64,000 nucleotides of DNA from Candidatus Lloydbacteria bacterium (lineage in GTDB: Bacteria; Patescibacteriota; Minisyncoccia; Phycocordibacterales; UBA6899). This document shows positions 27,882 to 36,687 of the stretch, piece after piece. The stretch is from the NCBI GenBank assembly GCA_043719805.1, contig JAYSTI010000001.1, forward strand, positions 215,770 to 279,769. The letters are read 5' to 3'. The notes beneath the pieces are model-generated. The model did no database searches. It had not been told where the DNA came from and saw only the letters and a list, made by a program, of their open reading frames with translations. Numbering within the stretch: position 1 is the first letter of the stretch; each line of letters starts with the position of its first letter. The translations under genes and the position numbers were made by a program.

Positions 27882-28943
27882 CTACTGTGCACTTAATATA
27901 GACGAGATCTGGTCTGCAACGAGTTTCGCACCATACGCAGTGACGTGTCCGTCGCCCTCAATAAAAATTTCGCTCATATTAGGGTGAGTTGCAATGATGG
28001 GTTCCATGGTGGCACAAGTGAGGCCAAATTTAGCACAGGTGTCTTCGAAAAGTTTTAAGTTTGCACGATAGAGCTCGGTGTTCCCCACTTCTTTGTAAAA
28101 AGGTATTTCGTATATTAGCAAACGCGCACTTGGATGTTCTGCCTTCAATTTCTCAAAAATCCTGAACACACTCTCCATTTTTGTTACATCAAAAACCTGC
28201 GGCTGTTTTGCGCTGACCTTCAAATTGAACCCGATGGCCTTGCGCACGAGGGGGCGCAAAAGTGTGTAGGTCGCAGTATTTCGTACTTGCGCAACAAGCC
28301 CGGAAGGCTTTGAGCTCGGTGTCGCCGGAAGAAGCGGCATATTCGCGGGTACGTCAAACGAATCTTTAAAATATGGCTTCGCGAAACCCTGATATTCGTC
28401 TGATTCAATCCCTGGCAAATCATTGATAGGAAACAATACTGCAACGATGTCAGTCACATTATATACGGGCAGTGCGGCTCTCGCGCGTAGGAGATACTGG
28501 TCAGGCGCATAACCGCTTACGCCAAGATTCAACACCTGCTTGCCATTTAATTTTTTCTCAATTAAATAAGGAAAAGATTCTTCATAGGGCAGGTAGTAAC
28601 TCTCAACAAAACTGCTCCCCAGCATCGCGACGGATTGTTGCGTCGTGGAGGCATGCTCATGCCAACGAGCGGCAGTCGTCGGAAACCCTTCCGGATTGTA
28701 ATAATTGAACTGTCCGTAATAAAGAGACGAGCGATAAAACTTATAATCACTGCGCGTCTTCCACCCGAGCAAATCATCGAATTGGTACGTAGCCATTCGG
28801 TCGGTCGTTGGATCAATACCAACAACGATGCGGAGAAAATACTCCGTACAAAAAAAGACGGTCCCAAGTCCGAGTACCCCGATGACGCCACGTGAAATGA
28901 ATCGCTTGATGGACATGAAATGTAGGATAAATATACACGCCAT
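27882..28943 (-). CDS. SGNH/ALGX-DltD-like acyltransferase/esterase partner of the MBOAT
   Basis: N-terminal anchor MSIKRFISRGVIGVLGLGTVFF. AMLGSSFVESYY ... GVSGYAPDQY resembles DltD/AlgJ/AlgX SGNH-like modules. Start at 28943 or 28916 (ORF track: 29009). Confidence 0.55.
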   Translation of the reverse strand: MACIFILHFMSIKRFISRGVIGVLGLGTVFFCTEYFLRIVVGIDPTTDRMATYQFDDLLGWKTRSDYKFYRSSLYYGQFNYYNPEGFPTTAARWHEHASTTQQSVAMLGSSFVESYYLPYEESFPYLIEKKLNGKQVLNLGVSGYAPDQYLLRARAALPVYNVTDIVAVLFPINDLPGIESDEYQGFAKPYFKDSFDVPANMPLLPATPSSKPSGLVAQVRNTATYTLLRPLVRKAIGFNLKVSAKQPQVFDVTKMESVFRIFEKLKAEHPSARLLIYEIPFYKEVGNTELYRANLKLFEDTCAKFGLTCATMEPIIATHPNMSEIFIEGDGHVTAYGAKLVADQISSILSAQ

Positions 28944-28997
28944 GCATAGGTCAAGCAACACTTGTGGGTCGCGGTGCTCATCGGTATAGTTATGTGC

Positions 28998-30167
28998 ATG
29001 AATCTCCATGAGTACGAAGGTAAGGAGCTCCTCAGGCGGGGTGGCATTGAGATTCCGCGTGGGAAACTTTTTGACGGGTCAGATGCCCCCCCAGAATTAG
29101 CATATCCCGTCTTCGTGAAGGCTCAGATACTTGCGGGCAGGCGAATGAGCTCAGGTGGAATCATGATTGCACGAGACTATGAGGAATTGGCTCTTGCAAC
29201 AACCAAGCTGCTCGGAAGTACGCTGGCGGACAGGATAGTCAAGGATGTGCTCGTTGAAGAGGCGGTTGCCTTTACCGGTCAGGAACATTTTGTCTCTTTT
29301 TCATGTGACACAAAGACTAGGACGTTCGTGTGCACAACCTCCGATGAGGGCGGTACGGGAATAGAGGAGCGGCCGGTGCAGAGGTTTGTCATTGATTACG
29401 AAAATCCTCAATTCGACAACAGCGCAGTTCCGCGCGCGGTTCTCGAAAAACTCTTTGATATATTTTGTGTGAATGATTGCATTCTCCTTGAGGTCAACCC
29501 ACTCGTTCACTGCCTTGATACCGACACCTGGGTAGCGCTTGATGCAAAGATCGTCATCGACGATTTCGCGTTGCCACGACACCCGGAATTCACTTTCTCT
29601 GAGCGCACGAACACTCCAGGAAACATCAGAACATCACGGGAAATAGCCGCTCAAAAAATTGACCATGGAGATCATCGCGGTAGTGCGGGCTCATCGTATG
29701 TCGACCTCGACGGGAACATCGGGATGCTCCCCTCCGGTGGAGGGGCATCACTCATTGCGATGGATGCACTCTTTCAAAATGGCGGGAGGCCGGCAAACTA
29801 TACTGAATATTCGGGAAACCCCACAAAAGAGAAAGTGGAAAAACTTGTTTCCATCGTTATATCAAAACCCGGACTTCACGCGCTGTGGGTGGTTGGAGCT
29901 GTCGCAAATTTCACCGACATTTATGAAACTCTGAGTGGCCTCGTCCTTGGACTACGTGCCGCACGAAATAATTTATCACTTCCCATTGACTACCCCATCA
30001 TCATCCGCCGAGGGGGGCCACGTGATGAGGAGGCATACGCGATGCTTCGTGAGGTAACGGATTTCGACCTACATCTTTTTGGAGAAGAAACAAGCATCGA
30101 ACAGTCGGCGAAGGAAGTGATGAAATTAGCCCAAGCGTATGCAAATAAACAAACTCATACCAAATAA
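28998..30167 (+). CDS. Succinyl-CoA synthetase beta (SucC)-like ATP-grasp subunit. Candidate citryl-CoA synthetase / ATP-citrate lyase-like.
   Basis: Starts MNLHEYEGKELLRRGGIEIPRG (compare SucC MNLHEYQAKQLF). ATP-grasp plus ligase-CoA domain layout. Confidence 0.75.
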   Translation: MNLHEYEGKELLRRGGIEIPRGKLFDGSDAPPELAYPVFVKAQILAGRRMSSGGIMIARDYEELALATTKLLGSTLADRIVKDVLVEEAVAFTGQEHFVSFSCDTKTRTFVCTTSDEGGTGIEERPVQRFVIDYENPQFDNSAVPRAVLEKLFDIFCVNDCILLEVNPLVHCLDTDTWVALDAKIVIDDFALPRHPEFTFSERTNTPGNIRTSREIAAQKIDHGDHRGSAGSSYVDLDGNIGMLPSGGGASLIAMDALFQNGGRPANYTEYSGNPTKEKVEKLVSIVISKPGLHALWVVGAVANFTDIYETLSGLVLGLRAARNNLSLPIDYPIIIRRGGPRDEEAYAMLREVTDFDLHLFGEETSIEQSAKEVMKLAQAYANKQTHTK

Positions 30168-31056
30168 TCCGCGTGTACTTATTCAAGGAATAACAGGCAA
30201 GGAGGGCATGCGTGCGATGCGTGCGATGCGTGCTTACGGAACAAACGTCATCGGTGGGGTCACCCCGAGGAAGGGCGGGCAAATCGTGGAGGGCGTCCCT
30301 GTTTGGAACACAATTAGCGAAGCGATACGCGAAGGCGGGCCAATTAACATGGTTGTCCAATTCGTTCCACAGCAAGGCGTTCTCAACGCAACAAAAGAAG
30401 CACTAGATTTCGATATCCCCTTCATTCTCGTTGGAGCAGAAAAAGTTCCAATACACGACACTATTCACATACATCGCCTTGCGAACAAAAAGGGAGCAAT
30501 TCTCATTGGGCCAGGCTCGGTCGGGATGATCGTCCCCCACTTGAGGCTCAAGATCGGAATGATTGGCGGCGATACCCCTGAACGAGTATTTGCACCAGGT
30601 CGAATTGCCATACTGTCAAAGTCCGGTGGCATGACTTCAGAAATAGCCCTTGCGCTCAAGCAAAGTGGACTCGGAGTGTCTCTGGCGTGCGGAGTCGGAG
30701 GAGAAAGAATCACCGGAAGCGATTTTGCCGACCTGTTAATCGCACTTGAAAATGACGAAAGTACCGCCGCGACCATCATCTTCGGTGAGGTTGGTGGATT
30801 CGCCGAAGAGCGAGTTGCCGAAAAGGCTTCTCGTGGGTTGTTCAAGAAACCTATTATTGCGCTCACTGTCGGCGAGTTCATCGCGAATCTTTCGCACGAA
30901 GCCCCCTTTGGGCACACCGGCGCGATAATGGAAAATGGTCACGGCGGAGTCCTGGAAAAACGGGATGCCCTTAGGAGGGCGGGCGTGCACGTCGTGGAGC
31001 GTCTTGATGAAATTGCGCCGCTTCTTGTGCGCCTATCAAATAATGAGTTATCCTAA
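30139..31056 (+). CDS. Succinyl-CoA synthetase alpha (SucD)-like CoA-binding subunit
   Basis: VLIQGITGKEG...AYGTNVIGGVTPRKGG...PVWNTISEA and GMIGGD...ILSKSGGMTSEI match SucD/CcsA/AclA N-terminal halves. Confidence 0.75.
   Translation: MQINKLIPNNPRVLIQGITGKEGMRAMRAMRAYGTNVIGGVTPRKGGQIVEGVPVWNTISEAIREGGPINMVVQFVPQQGVLNATKEALDFDIPFILVGAEKVPIHDTIHIHRLANKKGAILIGPGSVGMIVPHLRLKIGMIGGDTPERVFAPGRIAILSKSGGMTSEIALALKQSGLGVSLACGVGGERITGSDFADLLIALENDESTAATIIFGEVGGFAEERVAEKASRGLFKKPIIALTVGEFIANLSHEAPFGHTGAIMENGHGGVLEKRDALRRAGVHVVERLDEIAPLLVRLSNNELS
30208..30234 (+). repeat. Perfect 9-bp tandem repeat (atgcgtgcg x3, the last copy ending gct) inside the SucD-like gene, encoding MRAMRAMRA
   Basis: Directly visible as ggcatgcgtgcgatgcgtgcgatgcgtgcttac. 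Confidence 0.8.
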
Positions 31057-31060
31057 TTAT

Positions 31061-31726
31061 ATGACAACCGTAACTCACAAAAATGACGAACCCTGGTTCG
31101 GCGACACCCCCCTCATCAGCGCTGCACAGGACAAAACTTTTATTGCAATGATATTTGAGATGTTCTCCGGAAAAATGCCGACGAAATACGAAGGTGAGCT
31201 TTTCGAGCTTTTACTCAAGCTCTCAATCGATCATGGGACCAATACGCCCTCCGCAAAAACAACGATAATGCGAGCGGGAGAAAAAAGAGCAATGGGTGAT
31301 GCGGTCGGCGCAGGAATTGCAGAGATCAATAATGCCCACGGAGGTGCAACGGGGCCTGCGATGAGCATGTTTTATGAAACGAAAGAATCAGGAAATTGTG
31401 GGCGTAATGTTGTTGCGAATTTTGAGATACACAAAGAACGCGTACCGGGTTTTGGTCATCGTATATACAAAAAAGACCCACGTGCCGAACTTATTCTGGA
31501 AACCATCGTACGCCTGGGCTTCCCCGATACGTACATCGACCTTGCCCGCGAACTAGAAAAGGAGCTGGCGGAAAGTTTGCCTCATAAGATTCTTCCGCTC
31601 AATATCGACGGGGCGATTGCCGTCGCGCTATGCACGCTCAGATGGAGGCCGGAGTGGAGTACTGCAGTCTTTATCTCATCCCGCAGTGCGGGGCTCTGTG
31701 CTCACTATCTCAATACTGCGCGATGA
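31061..31726 (+). CDS. Citrate-synthase-like small protein (citryl-CoA lyase / ACL C-terminal-domain-like)
   Basis: VPGFGHRIYKKDPRAELI is the citrate synthase/citryl-CoA lyase signature (GFGHRVYK..DPR). About 220 aa. Start overlaps the end of the SucD-like gene (ATG at 31043 or 31061). Confidence 0.6.
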   Translation: MTTVTHKNDEPWFGDTPLISAAQDKTFIAMIFEMFSGKMPTKYEGELFELLLKLSIDHGTNTPSAKTTIMRAGEKRAMGDAVGAGIAEINNAHGGATGPAMSMFYETKESGNCGRNVVANFEIHKERVPGFGHRIYKKDPRAELILETIVRLGFPDTYIDLARELEKELAESLPHKILPLNIDGAIAVALCTLRWRPEWSTAVFISSRSAGLCAHYLNTAR

Positions 31727-32753
31727 TGCGCGGAATGAGTGAGGAGATATCGTGAGAGGAGCTAACAATATCCTGCAATTTTGCACCAAGTGCTTGTCGC
31801 CCTGCCTGATCTTTGTCTACAAAAGAGCGAATATGGGAGACAAAATCGTTGGTTTCACCCCCTGAAAACATGCAAATATCACGAAGCGGTAGAAGTGTGC
31901 TTTCCAGTCCGGGATTTGAGGTAAGCACAGGAACTCCCGCCGCCATTGCTTCGAGTACGGCCTTATCAAGACTTCCCGTTCCGGACATATTCACAAAAAG
32001 ATCTGCCTGCGCGAGATATGGTAATATCGCGTGATGAGAGACAGGACCGACCCACACCACATCCGTATCGAAACCCCTCCTGGCCACATCCGCGCGAAGT
32101 GCATTCATGTATATCTTGTCCTCGTCAGTGAGCGGACCACCAACAATGTGGGTGCGGATGGCGACTCCCTCTTGTTTCAGTATTTCTAACGCATCAAAAA
32201 GAATGTCATACCCCTTCGTTCGCGAGACGCGTCCGATTGAGATGATGCGAAATACCGGATCGGGAACAAGCCCAACCTTCCGATAGTCCGCGACGTTGAT
32301 GCCGTGTCCCATCACGTGGCGTTTTATTGTAGGAATGCGAAAACTTTCAATCGATGCGGTAAAAATTATATCTGCGAAAATCACCGCCGTGCGAAGCGAT
32401 ATATCTACCTGCTTGTGCGTATACCAAAGTGCGACTTTTTTCCCTATGAGTTTCCAGAATATTCCACCAAGGAGAACATAGACCTGATTCATATGCACGA
32501 ACACTGCATCATAATTTTTACGTTCGTTCCAAATGATGCGGAAAAAATTCCAAAGATATTTTATGCGGGAAACTCCCCCCTCCTTTCCAAGTGAATACAC
32601 GCGAACATTTTTGGGGAGATCATGCTCCCCCACAAAAAGCCCCACAGCGATGACCTCGTCACAATGTTTGGCGAACTCGGCTATCCACCCATGAAAAAAC
32701 CCGAGTACATCGTCGTTCCGGTCGATTTTTTGTGTGAAGATGAGAAGTTTCAT
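31710..32753 (-). CDS. GT4-family glycosyltransferase
   Basis: RVSRTKGYDILFDALEIL...GSLDKAVLEAMAAGVPVLTSN. Start MKLLIFTQKID at 32753 overlaps the upstream gtrA stop in an ATGA arrangement. Confidence 0.75.
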   Translation of the reverse strand: MKLLIFTQKIDRNDDVLGFFHGWIAEFAKHCDEVIAVGLFVGEHDLPKNVRVYSLGKEGGVSRIKYLWNFFRIIWNERKNYDAVFVHMNQVYVLLGGIFWKLIGKKVALWYTHKQVDISLRTAVIFADIIFTASIESFRIPTIKRHVMGHGINVADYRKVGLVPDPVFRIISIGRVSRTKGYDILFDALEILKQEGVAIRTHIVGGPLTDEDKIYMNALRADVARRGFDTDVVWVGPVSHHAILPYLAQADLFVNMSGTGSLDKAVLEAMAAGVPVLTSNPGLESTLLPLRDICMFSGGETNDFVSHIRSFVDKDQAGRQALGAKLQDIVSSSHDISSLIPRIIAQY

Positions 32754-33166
32754 GATTTGTGTGAAGAAAAAATATATCGCTCGTAAAAAAAGTAGCTCAT
32801 GATTGAAATAATACCCCCGACAATAATCTGGGCAACAACGTAATGTAAGTGTGCATATTCCACAAGCAGATAAAGTGCGGTCGTATTTAAGGTGAGGTTG
32901 CACAATATGATGACGGAGTACGAGAACAACTGTTTCGTAATGGTTTCCATGCCTCGGTCACCAAACGTCCAGAACTTCTGTAATAAAAAACTCACGAAAA
33001 ATGCAAACAGGAAGGCAATGCCTGACGAAAGAAGATACCACACATGAAGAAAGTGTGTCAGCAAAAAGAGTATTGTAATAGCAGTAATTGCGGATGTACC
33101 ACCCACAATAATAAATTTCGCCACCTTATAATATTTTCCGATATTTGAATGCAGTGTGCTGTTCAT
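32750..33166 (-). CDS. gtrA: GtrA-family small membrane protein (polyprenyl-P-sugar translocation)
   Basis: 138 aa, 4 TM. KFIIVGGTSAITAITILFLLTHFL plus a C-terminal ERYIF-like tail, typical of GtrA. Confidence 0.7.
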   Translation of the reverse strand: MNSTLHSNIGKYYKVAKFIIVGGTSAITAITILFLLTHFLHVWYLLSSGIAFLFAFFVSFLLQKFWTFGDRGMETITKQLFSYSVIILCNLTLNTTALYLLVEYAHLHYVVAQIIVGGIISIMSYFFYERYIFSSHKS

Positions 33167-33186
33167 GGCAAATATGAGAATGTAAA

Positions 33187-34119
33187 TTATGCGCGCTTTT
33201 TCATAAACGATATGATTTTTTTTGCGATAAGTTCCGGTGCCATACCGACAGAGCGCAGGAGGTAATCGCGGTCACCCACGAGAGTCACGAAAATATCCGG
33301 AAACCCAAATGCGTGAAATTTTATTGGCGCCAATCCACCTTGCCACAAAATACCGGAAACAATAGACCCCAAACCACCGATGGTGCTGTGCTCTTCAACG
33401 GTAAACACTCCTTTTGCCGTTTTTGCTTTTTCAAGAATAAGATTTTTGTCGATTGGCTTTAGGTTTGGCATGCTAATGACGCAAGTCGACATGCCCGTCT
33501 TCTTTTCAATCTTCACTGTGGCCTCCATTGCGATATCAAGCACATTCCCGGTCGCAATTATAATGATATCCTTCCCTTCTTTTATGACATATCCTCGACC
33601 CGACGCAAAGCGAAATGACGGCTGAGTGTAATCCACGCCCGGACTTTTGCCTAATCGAATATATGCCGGACCCTTGGTGCGGAGCATCGTTTTCGTTGCC
33701 TCACGTGCCTCCCATGAGTGCCCCGGGGAATAAATTGCCATGTTCGGAAGTGCGTTCATAATTGCATAGTCCTCAACGGTATGGTGCGTTACGCCGTGTG
33801 CGGGGTAATTGAACCCGCCTCCCGTACCAACGATCTTTACATCAAGGTTGTCGTAGCAAACGCCGGTGCGTATCTGTTCGTAAGGGCGCATGGTTGCGAA
33901 TGATGCAATAGAATAGGCGATTACTTTTTTCCCCTCAAGCGCAAGTCCTGCCGCCATGCCCACCATGTGCGACTCGGCGATGCCAACATTTATGAACCTA
34001 TCGGGAAACTTTTCCTGAATCGGCTCAAGGGCATTAAAGCCGAGGTCACCCGTCAAGAACATAATGTCCTTATTTTTTTCCATTTCGATAAGCACTTGTT
34101 TGACAAAATCTCGTCTCAT
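33187..34119 (-). CDS. Transketolase C-terminal subunit (pyrimidine-binding plus C-terminal domain)
   Basis: GIAESHMVGMAAGLALEGKKVIAYSIASFATMRPYEQIR ... IVGTGGGFNYPAHGVTHH. Confidence 0.85.
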   Translation of the reverse strand: MRRDFVKQVLIEMEKNKDIMFLTGDLGFNALEPIQEKFPDRFINVGIAESHMVGMAAGLALEGKKVIAYSIASFATMRPYEQIRTGVCYDNLDVKIVGTGGGFNYPAHGVTHHTVEDYAIMNALPNMAIYSPGHSWEAREATKTMLRTKGPAYIRLGKSPGVDYTQPSFRFASGRGYVIKEGKDIIIIATGNVLDIAMEATVKIEKKTGMSTCVISMPNLKPIDKNLILEKAKTAKGVFTVEEHSTIGGLGSIVSGILWQGGLAPIKFHAFGFPDIFVTLVGDRDYLLRSVGMAPELIAKKIISFMKKRA

Positions 34120-34946
34120 GACTTTTTCATTTTATCCCGTGACACGGCAACGTCCTTTGCGTTGGGAACATAATAATGCGCATGGAGCGTGTGTTCGATG
34201 TGAGGAATGCTTTTCCCGGCAATCGTATCGGCAATGACCACCACGGGGACTCTCGATTGTTTCGCCGCACGAAGCACCTTCACGAGCGCCACTGAATCGT
34301 GCCCGTCCGCACGGAGCACCTTCCATCCGAATGCCTCCCACTGCGCACCAAGGTCCTGCTTGTTTGTTAATTTTGTGGCGCCAAATCCCTGGAATTTATT
34401 GTCGTCGATGATTGCGACAATATTTCCAAGCTGGTGATTCCCGGCGAACATGACTGCCTCCCATACCGACCCCTCGTTGCATTCGCCATCACCGATAAGG
34501 ACATACGCCTTGCTCTTTGTTCCTCGGAGCGCGTATGCTATGCCAATCGCGATGGAAAGCCCATGCCCAAGAGAACCGGTCGATGCCTCTACTCCCGCGC
34601 CCGCGCTGCGCGATGGGTGGGTATGAAAATGCCCCCCGTTCACCCGATGACCAAGGAGTTTTTTTAGCGGAAAATATCCACGTAGTGCGAGTGTGGCATA
34701 GTATGCCGCGGCGGCATGACCCTTCGAGAGCACGAAGCGGTCGCGCGAAGAATCATTCGGGCGCTTCGGGTCAATGTTGAGTATGTCAAAATAGAGTACT
34801 GCGAGTATGTCACTCACCGAAAGCGACGAACCCGTCTCACCAGAGCGGCTGCGTTCAGACATCTCTATGACGAGGTGGCGAATGTGGCCCCCGATTGCCC
34901 CAAGCTGCCTCGGATTCATCATCTTATTTTTTATACTTGTCGGCAT
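34116..34946 (-). CDS. Transketolase N-terminal subunit (TPP-binding)
   Basis: LSKGHAAAAYYATLALRGYF ... GSLGHGLSIAIGIAYA ... LIGDGECNEGSVWEA. ATGA overlap with the C-terminal subunit gene. Confidence 0.85.
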   Translation of the reverse strand: MPTSIKNKMMNPRQLGAIGGHIRHLVIEMSERSRSGETGSSLSVSDILAVLYFDILNIDPKRPNDSSRDRFVLSKGHAAAAYYATLALRGYFPLKKLLGHRVNGGHFHTHPSRSAGAGVEASTGSLGHGLSIAIGIAYALRGTKSKAYVLIGDGECNEGSVWEAVMFAGNHQLGNIVAIIDDNKFQGFGATKLTNKQDLGAQWEAFGWKVLRADGHDSVALVKVLRAAKQSRVPVVVIADTIAGKSIPHIEHTLHAHYYVPNAKDVAVSRDKMKKS

Positions 34947-35862
34947 GTTGTGTGAACCACACGATACTCTCCTTGAGGCCTTTATTCAAGTCATATCGAG
35001 GAGTAAAACCAAGCTGCTCTTCTGACTTCTTCATGTCTGCAACCCAGCTGAATGTGTCAAAACTGCGCTTTTCATATGCCCCTTCAACAAGATTCGATGT
35101 ACTTTTTGTTTCATTAATGACCAAGTCGGCGAACTCACGGAGCGTAGTCTGTGTGCCGCTGCCAACGTTGAACACCTCACCTGCGAGTTCAGGCTTTTGC
35201 GCCGCAAGAATGAATGCATCGGACACGTCATCGAGGTAGACAAAGTCACGAGCTATACGCGGGTCAGCAAGTTGGATGTCTTTATTTTCAAGTGCATTCA
35301 TAATAACAGTTGGCACGAGGCGGCCGGATTCCTCAAATTGTCCGTACACCGAAAAAAGCCGAAGCGTAAGTACGGGGAGTTTTTCCGCGCGACCATAGTG
35401 CTGGCATAGAAGTGTCTGTGCCGCTTTCCCAACGGCATAATAACTGTTTGGGTCGATGCGTTCATCCTCCCGCATCGGGTGATCTTTCGTACCGTACTCC
35501 GACGAACTCCCGGTATTTACAAGTACTTTAACCCCAACTTCTTTTGCGGCTTCGAGCAGAGAAAGTGTCGAGAGGATAGATGACTGAAGAATCTTTTCCT
35601 TGTCTTGTTGCGTGGAATAGGCACCATATACTCCGAGATGAAACACCACCTCCGGGTGTGCGGCGCGAAGAGCGCGAACGAGCGATTCTTTTTCTAGGAG
35701 GTCACCTTCGTGTAAATGGAGAGAATCCGTGACCCCTTCGAGTCTCCAAAGATTTGATGTGGGACGAACGATGCCATGTACTTCATGTCCCGCACCGAGG
35801 AGTCGCCTTGCCAAGCCTGCTCCGACAAATCCGGAGATACCCGTGATGAATGCTTTCATCAA
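34924..35862 (-). CDS. NAD-dependent epimerase/dehydratase (extended SDR)
   Basis: MKAFITGISGFVGAGLARRLLGAGHEV Rossmann motif, plus YAVGKAAQ catalytic YxxxK. Confidence 0.85.
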   Translation of the reverse strand: MMKAFITGISGFVGAGLARRLLGAGHEVHGIVRPTSNLWRLEGVTDSLHLHEGDLLEKESLVRALRAAHPEVVFHLGVYGAYSTQQDKEKILQSSILSTLSLLEAAKEVGVKVLVNTGSSSEYGTKDHPMREDERIDPNSYYAVGKAAQTLLCQHYGRAEKLPVLTLRLFSVYGQFEESGRLVPTVIMNALENKDIQLADPRIARDFVYLDDVSDAFILAAQKPELAGEVFNVGSGTQTTLREFADLVINETKSTSNLVEGAYEKRSFDTFSWVADMKKSEEQLGFTPRYDLNKGLKESIVWFTQHADKYKK

Positions 35863-35901
35863 GAAATATTACAACGTGAATCATAGATTGTCGAATGCCC
35901 C

Positions 35902-36639
35902 TTATTTCGCATTTGGCTGCTGCGCTTTTTCGCAGACGAGAATGATCTGGGCGCTCAGAAACTCACGCACGACGGGAATCCTTTCAAGTAGTGGCTGAAA
36001 AAAGTGAATGGCGCGCGCGAGGGGTGCCGGGCAAAAGAACGGCACAAAACCCACATACTCGTGGCGCACGACCCTTCCTCCTACTTCTTCGCACCAGCTT
36101 TTTAATTGCCAATATGTATATGACTGTTCTTCGTGTTCGCGATGATAGAGAGATACTTTTTCTATAATTTTTAATATCGGATTATTCCCATTTGGCTCAA
36201 CAATAATTAACGTCCCTGAAATTTGAAGAGCGTTGCGAATTGCAACCTTTTGATCAGTCAAATGATGAAGTACTCCACGGAGAACCCCAACATCAAATTG
36301 ATGCGTCGACGAAACGATGTCGTCCGACAAAATGTTGCGCACACTAAATATGATCTCCGGATATTTTTTTTGAGCAAGCAATATTGCATCTGAGGCAGGA
36401 TCAAAACCCTCAACGGCAAGGTTTGGAAACTGCTGTTTGAACTCGGACGTATATGTGCCGTCTCCGCACCCGATATCTGCCAGGGTGCCATATTCAGGGA
36501 GCACGTAAGAACCAACGGCGTCAGAAATGCGCAGATTCGAAAGGATGGAGGAGATTGGGGCATTTGTTGTGTAGCGATAACCCTCATTTACCCTGACGTC
36601 ATCATTGAATTCCGCTACATTTTTTTTCGAGAGTTCCAT
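35902..36639 (-). CDS. Class I SAM-dependent methyltransferase
   Basis: LADIGCGDGTYTSEF motif I. Confidence 0.7.
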   Translation of the reverse strand: MELSKKNVAEFNDDVRVNEGYRYTTNAPISSILSNLRISDAVGSYVLPEYGTLADIGCGDGTYTSEFKQQFPNLAVEGFDPASDAILLAQKKYPEIIFSVRNILSDDIVSSTHQFDVGVLRGVLHHLTDQKVAIRNALQISGTLIIVEPNGNNPILKIIEKVSLYHREHEEQSYTYWQLKSWCEEVGGRVVRHEYVGFVPFFCPAPLARAIHFFQPLLERIPVVREFLSAQIILVCEKAQQPNAK

Positions 36640-36687
36640 GGTGTGTGTTTATTATACTATGAGTAACGGAGATTCGCCTAACACCAC

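Noticed and set aside
30208-30234. A possible CRISPR or microsatellite array
   Set aside because: There are only three 9-bp units, with no spacers, and they are in-frame inside a conserved CDS. It is a coding tandem duplication, not a CRISPR array. No CRISPR-like repeat-spacer structure was seen anywhere in the window.
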